Below are positions 24,520-37,009 of a stretch of 64,000 nucleotides of DNA, one piece after another. The notes under the pieces were generated by a model that was given only the letters and a program-made list of their open reading frames with translations, searched no databases and was not told where the DNA came from. Position 1 is the stretch's first letter. Each line of letters opens with the position of its first letter. This DNA comes from Takakia lepidozioides (lineage: Eukaryota; Plantae; Bryophyta). The stretch spans positions 62,062,001 through 62,126,000 of the forward strand of contig CM060732.1 of NCBI GenBank assembly GCA_030704615.1. Reading direction: 5' to 3'. Made by a program: the position numbers and the translations under genes.

Positions 24520-27500
24520 GAAGCTATCGATGGAAGTGGAGCCGCATTGCAGAAGACGAACGGACATGTTTCCAGTTGATCTCGGATCTTTCAAATTCCG
24601 GGGAGGCCGAAGAGGAGTCCTCTGTGTCCCTCCCAACAGCAGGGGAGTTTGTCTGCCCATACACAGGTGAGGTCATCAGAGCAGCGACAAAGGATTCCCT
24701 CCTTGCCCCAAATGGCGCGGAAGGCAGAGATGAGGGTAGGCAGACGCTGAGGCTTCTTGGCAGATTCTGCACATAGTGTGGCCCACGCCTTTTTAGCAGC
24801 AATCAACAGATCAAAGAAAACCAGAGTTAAGATTGTTGACACAGAGGTGTTCTCATTGTTGATTGCCTAAGTACCGAGCTTCTGAGAGACTCAAAGACAG
24901 GGCAGTCAGTGGCTTTGGATTTTTGGCTTTTGCAATAGTAAGTAAGATTTCCATGGACCCAAATTGCAATGCCTCCCAGGAGCTATAGAAGCTTTGCACT
25001 ATCGGCCAGATGGATGCTAGTGCCAAACAGTAGAGAAGGCAATGTTCTAGTGTTTCTATTGTCTGATTTGTGCAGCAATGACACAGGAGCGCATCTTTGT
25101 AGTTCAGAAACTGGCCCACCTTGAGAACCCTTTTGCCACTTGCCATAAGAATGCACTAATTTTGGCTGGCTTGGTCTTATCCCAGATGGTTGCCCAAATG
25201 CCCTTCCAGTTCTCCTGATTGAAGTTTTCATGAGCCCATCTGCCTTCCCATTTTGAGATAGGAGGGCTTGCACTGAGCATCGCTCTATAGCCCATCTTGG
25301 CAGTGTATGAGAACAGGGGGTGGAGCTCTTCCTGGAAAGCCCATTTCCATTCTGATGGGTATAGTTGCAATGTTGAAATGCCAGAATTCCCAAATAAGAC
25401 GAAGGGTCCCTTGCTAAGCCAAGTAAAGGTGTTAATACCTCTGGGTGCAGTAGGATTGAATACTTTGTCCTGGGAGGTCCATTGGCAAATACAAACTAGG
25501 GTGGAATTGAGATTAGGGACTGTGACTAGGTCCTGATTGGAAAGACAAAGACGTCCGGAGAGGACGTCCGCTGTGAAGCAGAAGCCCTTGAACCATTGTT
25601 GAGAAACCACGGAAACGTAGAAGACCTGTAGAGAGGGAGGATTGTGCATAATTGACCAGGATAAAAATCACCTTGCCCTGCTTTGAGAATCAGTTTCCAG
25701 GTGTCTGGGATGAAGAGGATGATTTGAGCAATCCCGGATCTAAGGCGGGTGGTCCCTAAAGCTTGCTGTAGCGATTGGGGGGAGCTGACCTCTTAGATTG
25801 TTGACTGTCGAGATACCCCTAGATTCCCAAGCTGCCCATTTCTTTGCTTCTTGTCTTTCCAGAAGAGAGGGGTTAGGTTCATTAAGGAACATGTGTTGTC
25901 TTAGTGTTTCCTGGAACGGGGAAGGGTCATGTTTCCTCAAGAATGGTCTGAGGGAATTCCAAGAGTTCCAGATTGAAGACCAAAGAGGGGAACCAGGAGA
26001 TTTGTGGTTGAAGCCTTGCAATAGCCAGCGATTGGATGCAGGCCAGGGGACACGTTGCAAGGGTGAGGAGGAGAAAATGGTGGAATTGACCATGAGCTTC
26101 CACCAGCCGCCCTCCGGCCCTAGGAATCTGGGGATCCATTTTCCCAAAAGAGCCTTGATTTGCAATTCTGGATCCAAAACACCTAGGCCTCCCATTTTTT
26201 TTGGAAGACATATTTGGGCCCAGGATACTTGGGGCCTTTTATTGTGGGTGGAAGACTCCGCCCCCCAGATGAAGTTCCTAATTAATCTCTTGATTTCCTT
26301 GATGAGTTTCGACCCAGGACTCCAAGTTGAAGCAAAGTACCAGATCCCTGCCAGCAAGATTTGGTTGGCAACTAATGCCCTACCAGTGATGGACAAGTGA
26401 CAGGACCCCCAGTAGGCCAGGTTGCGTTTGAGCTTCTGAATTGTGGGGTCTATTCGCTGCTCTTCAAACAGGTTGATACCAAAAGTGTGCCCCAATAACG
26501 TGGTGGGCTCACCTTCTTTAAGCCACTGAAATGTGTCATCTACAAACATGGAATCCTTAACCTGTTTGTGGTAGTTATTTCTTGGGTTCTGCAAGTTGAG
26601 GCCCCTCACTAGAGTGTTATTGTCCAGCATGTGACCAAGGGTATCAGCTACAAAAAGGAAGAGAAAGGGCGCGGGCACCCCTGTCTGACAGAGCGTTGTA
26701 GCATGAAGGGCTTGGACAGATGCCCGTTGATCATGACTCTGCTGGTTGCTCCCTGAAGGAGAATCTAAACCCACTTGCGAAAGCCAGTTGGGATGCCTGA
26801 TTTCTTTAAGACCGCCATGAGAAAAGACCAATCTAACTTGTCGAAGGCCTTTTCAAAATCCAGGAGCCAGAGGGCAAGAGCCTGGCCCGAATTGCTTGCA
26901 TAGTGGTTAGCCTCCTGAGCCATGAGGACGTTGTCTAGGATGTATCTTCCCTTCACATAGCCTGCCTGACCAGACCTGATCATTGAAGGGAGAAGTGGCT
27001 GAATGCGGAGCGCGAAGGCCTTGGCGATGATCTTGTAGGCTACATTGAGCAAGGTGATGGGCCTGTAGTTGGAAAGGTTAGCTCTGTCACCTTTTTTGAA
27101 GAGCAGAGTTATGACCCCCTGAGTCATGGAGTCAGGCATAAAGCCTTGGGCCTTAATGGCATTGGCCAAGTCCTTGGAGATGGTCGACAGAGAGATTTGA
27201 AGAACTCTACTGGCATACCGTCGATCCCAGGGGCTTTGTTGTTGTTTAGGGCTTTAAGGGCATCCTCTAATTCTTCTGGGGTAAGACTTGCCTCAAGATC
27301 GAGCGCTTCCTCTGCCTTTAGAGTATTGGGGATGGTTTGAAGGCAAGCAGCAAGCCTGTCTGGGTAGTCATGATCCTTTAAGTCTGCCCGAAACAGAGAG
27401 GAGAAGTGATTGAACGCAGACGCGCACATTTGCCTGGGGTTGGAAGAAGTGTTACCAGGGAGATCCGTGTAGAGCTGGGAGATTGTCTGAGAGGATCTAC

Positions 27501-28300
27501 GGAGCTTCACCTTTTGGAAGAAGTATTTGTTCATTTTTTCACCCTTCGTTGACCAGTTGACCCCTGCCTGCATTTTCATTTTGTTTTCTTGCTCTATGTG
27601 GTAGCAGTCCAGGTTATGTCGGGCTTCCAGGTATGACTGAAACGTGTGCGCGTCACAAGATTGAGATTCAACCCTTCTTTGGCAGATACTTAGGCATTTT
27701 TGGAGGGCTCGGGCCTTCCTTTTTTGTGCTTCTTCTAATTCTGCCAAGCTGTGAGACTGGATTAGAGACTGCCAGGAGAGGTCCTCTTCAGGGCTTAGGT
27801 GAGTTGCATAACTCCCCATTCTGTCATATTCCTTTTCTACCATGTTGAAATCACCCGCCACAATCCATCTGCAGATGTCACTGTGATACGCCATCTAGAG
27901 GTTTATCTTGGCCTAGAGATCGCTCTGAGAAGAGAATTGTTTGGCGCATAAATGTTGATAAAACCTGTGGGCTCAGTGTCATTGGGGAACCTTAGGGAGC
28001 AGAATTGTGCTCTCCCTGGTTCCTAGATCTCGTCTTTGATGAGAAATTGGTGGATGGAAGGGGATAGAAGAATCGCCGTCCCTCCTCTAGTTCCTTCAGT
28101 TGAGGGTTTCCAAAGAGCCGAAGCTTTAGGCCATAACTGATTGGTGAGCTTTCGGATTTTCCTATCACAAAGTTTGTGTTCTTGGAGAAAGACGATAGCC
28201 TAGTGATGAGAGGTGCCAGCCAGGCTGAGAGCCTGACTTTTTTGAGAGCCATCTGGTCAGAACCCAGGCCCCTGATGTTCCAGGAAGACATGCTAACCTG
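24520..28300 (-). pseudogene. LINE ORF2: APE endonuclease, reverse transcriptase, zf-RVT and C-terminal CCHC; frameshifted
   Basis: SWNIRGLG; WIVAGDFN; NKAPGIDGMPVEFF; NYRPITLLNVAYKIIAK; LDFEKAFDKLDW; MFVDDT; LPKKMGGLGV; CHCC...ETLEHCLLYC. Confidence 0.92.
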
Positions 28301-30849
28301 CATCGCGGGATGGAGACAAGCTGAGGGGATGAGACTCAATTGATGGCCTGGGTGAAGCAAAGAAACGAAATTTGGTACGTTTTTCTGTGGGCTTTGGGGA
28401 GGGACACCAGTGGAGCCTTGGGAGTTCCACACTGATGGGGTCCTTGAGGTGGATGAATATGACTTGGGTGCTTGGCGGGCAGGGTAGAGGTTTGCATGCG
28501 TCGGATAAATCTGTTGGAATCTTGAAGGGATGTTTTAATGGATACTATGGTGGGCGGGGGGGTGGAAGGCAAATTTAGAAGTTTGGAGAGGTGATAAAGA
28601 GGCAGTGGGTAGGCGGATGAGGGCAGCAATTTCCACTTGTTACCTCTAGGGGCAGAGGGGAGTGACCCAGGCGAGAGACATAGGATATTGCATACCTTGT
28701 CAGAAAAGAATGTAAAGAAAAGCCAAGGAGTGGATTGAGCGTGGAATGGGTGACTTACAGGGAAGGATGGAGAAAGGAGGGGAGCAGGGTGTCGGGGAAG
28801 GAGCAGCAGAGTTTGTGTGACTAGGTGGGGGGCCGGCGTGTAGTTGAGAGGACTTCTGGCGACTGTTGCGTGAAGAATTGCGAGATCTGGAGGTCGGAGG
28901 GGAGCTAGAGGTCGACCAAGAGCCCATGGGACGTAGCTGGGGGTGCCATAGTCTTCAATTCTCTTTCGATCGATTTCATCATTTTGCGCTTCAATTTCCA
29001 TGTCCAGGTAGGCCTTAAGAACTGTGAAGACGTTTTTTAAGGTGTCTTTGGACCTGGTCAGGACCTTGCTTGGAGTGTAAGGACCTTCAAAGTGGCCAGC
29101 CTCTGCCCATACCCCGGGAGAGTGGTTCCAGTTTGAATAAGCTAGTTTTCGTCCATGAGCGCCAAGATATTGGTATTTGGAGGACAGATCTTGACAAAGC
29201 CAGGGAAAGGCCTCTACGTAGGAGCCCCAAGTGACTAAAGAGTGAGGAGAAAGAGAGTAGTAGAGAGGGAGGTTGGAGTTGAGATAGGCGCCTGAAGCTT
29301 GTGGCAAAGGGTTCGGGATCGGGATAGGGGAGCTATCCATGGGGCTCTTAGAAAGGAATGAGTCACTACAACAGATTGCGGCTTTTATGATTCCCATGGG
29401 TGCGCAGTCACGACCAAATTGTGCAGAAATGCCAATTTGCAGTAGTAAATGCCTTTTGAAAGTCATAACATAAGTATCCAGACGAAGCCGTTTATGCGAC
29501 CTATATGACTCCGAACTTTGCGCAACACAGGTCAAACACCCTTGACCAGGAATATTGCCATGGCGGATATGACTACCAGTCAGGGTCATGCCCATACTAG
29601 AATGACGTGTGCATATTGCTAGACGGACATATGAAACACCAACAAAACAATATGAAATCCAAATACACTCTAACATATCGCATTGTGCATGTCGTCCCCT
29701 GTAGCAGGCCGCATCCGGAGCTCGACGCCGTGTGGTACTAGAATAGAAGCTTGGCAATACGGTCTGTTCCGATCCACCCACTTTGCCATGGGGGGGTGTT
29801 CTAAGAATGGGAGAGCCCATGAATTCAGCTTCTGGTATGATAAAACAACTGAGATAACAGCTCATGTTGTTCTCTCTAATTACATATCCCCAATTGACCT
29901 GCCCCAAGCTCAGAATAGCAGCAGATGACATCAAGGAATAATGATGTGGTTTGGCAAGGCATGGAACACCTGCAGGGCACCAGCATTGTAGGCTTAATTA
30001 CTGCACACTGCTTGAGCCATTCACAGATGGGGGAAGACCTTACAAGTGAGTCACATGGTGTTAGCTGGGGCATGAGAGAAACTGCCCATAAAATGCATCT
30101 GCGCAAAGAACCCATTCAACCAGCAGAGCATCATCTATGCGGATTGTCGATTTATTTGGGGAAAAATGCCAAACATGATAAGTAGGGACAAGCTTAAAAG
30201 CACCACTGGTATTCAATGGTCATAAACACGAGGCTGCCCAATATAAGACCCACAAAATCACTGGGGCAATTATGTAATGTTAAACTGGCAGGCACATGCA
30301 CTTTGTCAACAATGTACCCAGAAGACAGAACTGATGTGTAAATCTGCATGCCGTTCCAAAGTCTATAGTGACACCTAAATGTCATGTCACGTTGCCAGAC
30401 AGACACGCCATGGTAAGTTGGACCCCTCCAACACCCTGCAAAAAGGACACCCCCAAGGGCAACCCTTAGTGCCAGTCTTATGAATCCACATATTCATGAA
30501 TCAACCGGGATTACACTTTGAATTTTGCCCCCTTCATAACTTGAGATAGAGAAAGGGCAGTGGGGGGGGGGGGGGGGAGTCGACCTCATTCTAGGGTACT
30601 AGTCACATCACATCAACCAATCCTCATCACTGGACTCTGAATCTCATCGCAATGTCCTCCGTGGGACATGGATGGGAGTCCTCAGATCGCATGTCTCTGT
30701 AAAGTGAAGCAACCTCTTCAGGTGTCATTTGGATGGTCTGGCCCCACCTGGTCACCAGCAACATTGGGTCTTCAAATGTGTGGGGGGCTAAGAGGCCTGA
30801 TACACTTGCATATAATCATGCGTTGCAAATGCTCACATCCACAAACAGC

Positions 30850-33800
30850 CCTGCGTGACCTGGGGTTTTTTTCCAGCACCACGTCCATCTCGGTTCTTCA
30901 TTCACACACTCAGAGAAAAAACTTGCTCGACCTGTGAGGGAGCACAAAGGCTGTCCAGTGGAGGCGGCAACAGTGGTGAGAAATTCACCAATGTGAAGCC
31001 AGAGTCATCCTGCTTCATTGACACAGACTGAGAGCCCACACTTCATGCACGTACCCATGGAACACAATAGCACCGTGGTTGTGTGCTGGTCGACATAATC
31101 CATTCTAAAATCTCTCCCTTATGAACCATACAACCGTACGCCAGTATCCCTCCTTACCCTTTCCACCACCTCCCCCACAACTGTCACCTGAATGCAACAC
31201 TGTCAGTGCATGCTGAAAAAATAAACAGTAGAGAACCCTCGAGTCATATCGTCCAAAGGGGCTGTTGAGTCCTCGGAAAGTAACGCATGAAGTACCACCG
31301 CGCGGTTTTCCCATAAGCCGACATGCTCTTGTTGATGTTGCGATTATGAGGGGTTTTCTCCTGGGCGTTGCACATGTCCAACAATCCTTGGCAGGCTGAA
31401 TCCAGTAGCATGGTTGGCAACACTTGACACATGCTGGCGGAACTTGCTTTTACCAGCCATTCTGCAAAGTTGAGCAGAAGCCGGATACTGTTCTGGTTAG
31501 CCAGGCATTTTCAGTCTCCAACCTGGATTCTCCACCTCATAGGACCTGCCAACACATGCACAACCACATCAATTTATCTAGTTGCAACCCCTGCGGATGG
31601 AAGAACTATACACACAACCTAACAAAGCATTACCCATGCATAGCATGCGTTTACATTCAGATGAAGCTTCTGTGACATCGCACACCTCACGTTTGCACTT
31701 ACCCCCCCAACATAATGCCAAACTGGGATGGTTGTGAAGACGATATCGTGCTCGCACCAAGTTCAAACATTGAGGGGTACAACATCCGTGGTCGACCAAC
31801 GCCTTCCACCCACCAGCCGACATTTCTGCATGTCAGCTTCTCTTCTGAGCCTGATTTAGCCACCTCGCTCCTACGAGAATTCCGAATCTCCTTCTTGTGT
31901 CTTACGGGATGTTTCCTCCGAGCGTTTTTCAGCTGGTTCGATATACGCCGGGAGAGCTGATTCATTACTTTGCGTGTGACGTACTAAGCCACCAGAAGTA
32001 CTCTTTGTACAAAAATCCACATGATCATATCCTTCTGAATAACACATTCCGTCCAGATTGCCTTCCACCACCATTCTTCCCCGCCTCAGCTATTGGCCGT
32101 CTAGGCTTTCGCCAAGTGATATTTTTTTTAACCCGTTTTACAAATACCCTTTAAAAGCCTCATTTGTCCTCTCTCCACCGGGTACATCCCACCGATAAGC
32201 TACAGGTCCACACAAATCCAGCTCATTTCCACCAAGTGGGATAAGTAAAGGTGTCATAACATCAAAAATGAGCGGTGGGAACTCTTTCTCCAGAAGACAG
32301 AGGCACTGCCACCTGCCCTTCTTCAATTCCTCATGCTCGGGGGGATCAATGAATTTTGCACAAGTTGCGAAACACACGAGACACTCTTAGTATGGCTTGC
32401 GAACCCCAGGCCGCATCAACCCACGTAGAGCAAGTGGGAGGATCGCTGTTGCCATGAGCAACGTGATAATCATTGTGACTTCAATTGGCTCTCAACTTTG
32501 TTTGACCACATGCTTTTGAAAGGCAGAGGCATAGCCAGTGGGTACTTCATATTCGTGATAATCTCCAGCGAACACCCGCTGCTCTGGTTTGTGAGCACAT
32601 ATGGCGCATCAGGCATTACCAGTGTATCCACTCTAGTGGGATGAGCGTCTATCAACCACCGAAATAGCCGTTTAGTAACAAAGAGGCTTTGAATGCCTGC
32701 AATTCCAGATCGCGGCGAACTTTCATCGTGTCCTTTTCGCCGCCGAAAAGAGTCTTGATTATGTTCTCCGTCACGTTTTCTTCTCGAATGCATCGGTATC
32801 AAATCCAGTGTGGCGGAGATAAGTAGGACACTGCCACACCATGTGGTCTAACAAATTAGGCACATTGCAATGCAGTCATGAATGATGTAACAGCACAGGT
32901 TCACTAAACAAACAATATGCACAATGAAAAACCAATGCATTGTTATGTTCAAAAACACAGGTGTGGTAATCGCACCTCCCAGTAAGGCAAGTCAAACCGA
33001 ATTGGAATGGAACATCGTTTTACGCCATGGAGCTTGGAAGGGATCGTTTTGTGCGCCTACAGTCCCACCATCATCAATCCATTGTTTGTAATGTCGTGCA
33101 CGCTCCTTGATTTCGGGGCTGTCACTGTATGTGGAGCAGGTCTCATGTCTCGCGCCCCATTAAAAAGTCTGGATCTTCTTAGGCATGATTGGGGGAAGAT
33201 AGCAGCGATGGCCCGGAATATCAATTTCTTGCAAGCTGGGGAATATCTGGAATCGACTTGAGGTCCACATGCTGGACAAGCAGAGTACCATTGGTGAACC
33301 ATTCACCCTGACTATAGCACATGAACCCCCCCTGTATAACCAAGACATAGGGGGGAAAGTCATGATATGGACCACATGAGGACTGCACGTGGTAAAAGCC
33401 CTAATAAAGCCGCCCTCTCTCTTCAACCTGGCTGCCCCACATCCACGGCTGCAACTCCCACCCACAATGTCGCTAGCTCCTCACTAGTGGTTACAGGTAA
33501 ACATCCACATTTTCACTGTCACAGATTCCTTTCCAGGAATGAGGAGTGTTAACATGACAAAAAATTTCTTCGTAACCCCATGGAGGTAGATTTATATTGA
33601 GCACCATGATGGGCCAGGTGGACCAAGAAGCGGATTTGTGCCATAAGATTGACCCCATCCAGTTGCAATCCAAGACGCAGATTTCTTGGACCTGAAGGCA
33701 AAATCCGGCCATGTGGTTGTCCAAATATGGCACCACCAAGCCGCTACTGTCTGCAGCATGCCGGAACCATGCCATCTGCACTTCTAGTGATTGTTGCAGC

Positions 33801-34450
33801 CACTTCAATGAGTGCTACTGACGACGCAGCTTTCCTAGCCTCGGAACATCACGTTTCAATCTAGGTATGAGAGGAAAGTATCGCAGCAACTTCTTCGTGG
33901 CACCTTCACCGGCCGTCCATGTATCGAGGACTGTGGCCTGCGACTTGGGGCAATTTTGCAGCCTTTTCGAGGTCTCCACGAACACAACAATACACGATCC
34001 ACGCTCACAGGCATGGATCTGTTTGTATCCTAGCCACCCATCAGGCGATCATATTTTTGCCTCATACTGCGATTTGGGCAAAGGTGTTCTGTTTGGGCAA
34101 AATCTCCAGCCTCAACAATGAAAATAACTCATCCACAAATGCGTTCCGCTGGTAAATCTGTGAGTGGCGCAAGAATTGAGCAACATCAATGTGGCGCTCA
34201 ATCGGCTGTGAACGCTCCCATCGTATAGGGGATTTGGGACTCGTGCATGAGTTTTTCATGGAAAGATCATTTGGAGCGCCTGCTTCTTCTCTGCCCATTT
34301 TTCCCCATCAGGCATTTCAGAGGGATTTGCCCATTCAACAGCCCTCATCATGTCCAAAAGAAGGGCATTTGGGGCAGGTGTGGGATTCTCCGGAGGGTAT
34401 CTCATATTTCAAATGCATCTTGCACAGCACGGGCAATCTGGCCCCGTAGC
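30850..34450 (-). pseudogene. CACTA TnpD/Tnp2 transposase, heavily frameshifted
   Basis: Fragments CPKCPSFG; WFRHAADS; SWSTWPIMVLNINLPPW; YSACPACGP; FPPLIFDVMT.LL...ELDLCGPVAYRW (DUF4218-like); QDDSGFTLVNF and PSQVEQVFF (DUF4216-like). Confidence 0.85.
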
Positions 34451-37009
34451 CCTATTGTCGTCTTGTCACTCCAAATTGACGTCGTTGCAACACTCTCTAC
34501 AATACATTCAGCCTCCACTCAGAGGTCGGATGATGTAGCCCTTTGTCCCCTGAACGCAAATGAAATCAGAAATTGGGATACGATGAACGCGGCTTTTTTC
34601 AAAATCCCAGACTCTGAAATTTCATTTAAAACACGTCATGTAAGCAAACACTTTGTAGAATTGGCACTAGTTCAATACAGGTGAATGCTGCAAGTCTCCC
34701 ACCCCACCCTGCGAATCAGGAGACGAATTGGTCGGCACACAGACTTCATTTCAAAGCAGCTTGTGGAGCTCAGACACCCAAAGACAAATGAAAACTACTC
34801 TCATATAATACGGCAAAGTAGGAACACAGTTTTCATCGAAAAAACAAACAAAACATACCCTGTGTGATAGAGGGAGACATTCCCCACATACAGACAAGCT
34901 ATTGCACATACCGACAAGTGAAAAGCTCTCAACAAATATGCCCAAGTGGGAAGTGCGTTGAAGGCATGACACATGGCAGCACAAACTGCCCAAAAGCCAA
35001 AAGACGGCCAACCTTCACACATGGCAGTCAACAGGGCCGACCATGTAGTCATGACCCTGACACATGACTCCAGTACAACCAATGGAAGAAACACCACGTA
35101 GTTGAAATGTCCATGCTCCGTGCGTCATGAAGTCAAGGACATGACTACTTGACGCACTACCAACTACATGACTCCATCACTACGACTCCATAAACTCCAA
35201 TACATCCAACGGAAGAACGACACGTAGTTCGGACTCCAGTCACTCCACGATTGTCCAAAATGCGGACATGCGCGGGCGTGCGGTGAGCATGTCAGAGTGC
35301 GTTGCATTGTGCAAGGCGTACCGGGACTGTACACTGTCGAAGGTTTGGGTCCCTCCCATCTTGTTAGGTGCTTTTTGGCCATCGGTAGAAACTGCGGATC
35401 CCTCCATGGCATATTCTGCAGTTGCCACAATATTTTGCGGTGCCCTTGTGCAATGGCATGCGCCTCCTCTAGTCGCCACAGTTTCTCATTTCCTGCGCAC
35501 ACGGAGTCGTTGAGCTGTCATGGTCTGGCCCTCCCCGTGCGATCCCCTGACTGCGATATGAGGACTAAGGGAGACCTGCATGCTGCAACAAAGAGGTTGA
35601 GGCGGAGTTGTTTGGTTCGCAACCACTGTGAGTATACTGAGAGGCGGCTCACCCTAGTGTTGTGGCCGCTATCTGGCAGGAGAGCATTCCACCTCAACCG
35701 AAGTGCTCAACTGACCCGAATACTTTAGTTGGGGTTGTCAGACATTGCATTGCAAGGGCTTGTCATTAGGGTTTTTTTTTTAAATGTGAGAGGTTTACGG
35801 TTTAGCCTGAAATTGCCGCATTCTTGTCTTTAGGGTCTACGAGTTTTTCTAGATTCCCAGTGTTGGGATTGCATTGCTAAGTACACAGAATGATGGTTGT
35901 GAGGCATCGCCTGTCTCCACACTATCATGGCGCACCATGAAGAGAGTGGGATTGGTTAATTTCTTCATGGGGCGAGGCTTGCAGGCTTGTTGCTCCGAAA
36001 CCAAAGCATGCTTGCCGTCGACCTCCACTACCCACGGGACCACCCAGACGCAGTGGAAGGCTAGAAACAATGGCCGACGAGGCAAGGCAGACGTAGACGA
36101 AGACGAGGAGGAGGATTTGTTGTGTGTCCCTGCGGGCGAGCACACTGGCGATTCCAGCGAAGATGTCCTTCGCCACAGCTCCTGCACCCTCGCTTCCCCA
36201 GAAACGCCCGTTGCCGGCAAAATCACTATCTGTAAGCACCTGCTCACTATGACGCCACATCTTCAGCATTTCTATGCATTGACATGCTGAGCATACCCAT
36301 GAAGGAAGCATGCAAATGTACAGAACGTGTTTGAGACTTTCTTAGCATTCCAGGATGTACATGCACTTCCTACACAGAAGAGGTTGAAAGGTGGAAGCCA
36401 CAGAAAATCTGGCAGTGGACGTGGCACAACTTTGAATGCAATCACATTTGGAAAGTTCTCACTTTGGGAATTTCACATTAGGGAGATGGCATTGATAGAA
36501 AAATTTGCATGTAGCAAGGAAGGGATGCCCGAGCATATAGGCAGTGAAACCCCACAATGGGATAGGAAATCAAGCCCTTTCGCTATATCTTCATCGTGTA
36601 CACAGTTTGGGTTAAAGTCAAAGGCTCTTACTAGGAGGTTGATACACAGTGATGTTTCTGTTTACAACTAAAATGCAATGTCCATTCAAATGAGTCCATC
36701 TACCCACTGATGCAAGTTCTTGTATGCACGCTTTGATACAAGCATGCCAATGGTTTGTGAGGTCTCCCCACTAGGTAGGCTTTGGAATTGGCCATGTAGA
36801 TTGGCTCAGCCCCCACTTTTCAAGTTGGGTAAACAGAAGTGTGGGGCACCTGATGAGTCTGAGGGGATGAGGACCTACTCATAGTAGGATGAGTACAATC
36901 AAAGCATTAAAATGGCAAGTGCACGGCGTTATTTTTTTTTAAGTTGCCATGATTTCATTTGAATGCTTTGATTGACTTTAATGTTTGAATTGGTTTTTAT
37001 TCTGTGCAG

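Noticed and set aside
28336-29934. 532-aa ORF as a single gene
   Set aside because: It is chimeric: the first ~190 codons are read-through of the CACTA left end and the remainder is the LINE ORF1 tail.
35516-35744. Possible solo LTR (TGTCA...GACA)
   Set aside because: No matching 4-6 bp TSD was found and there is no second copy in the window.
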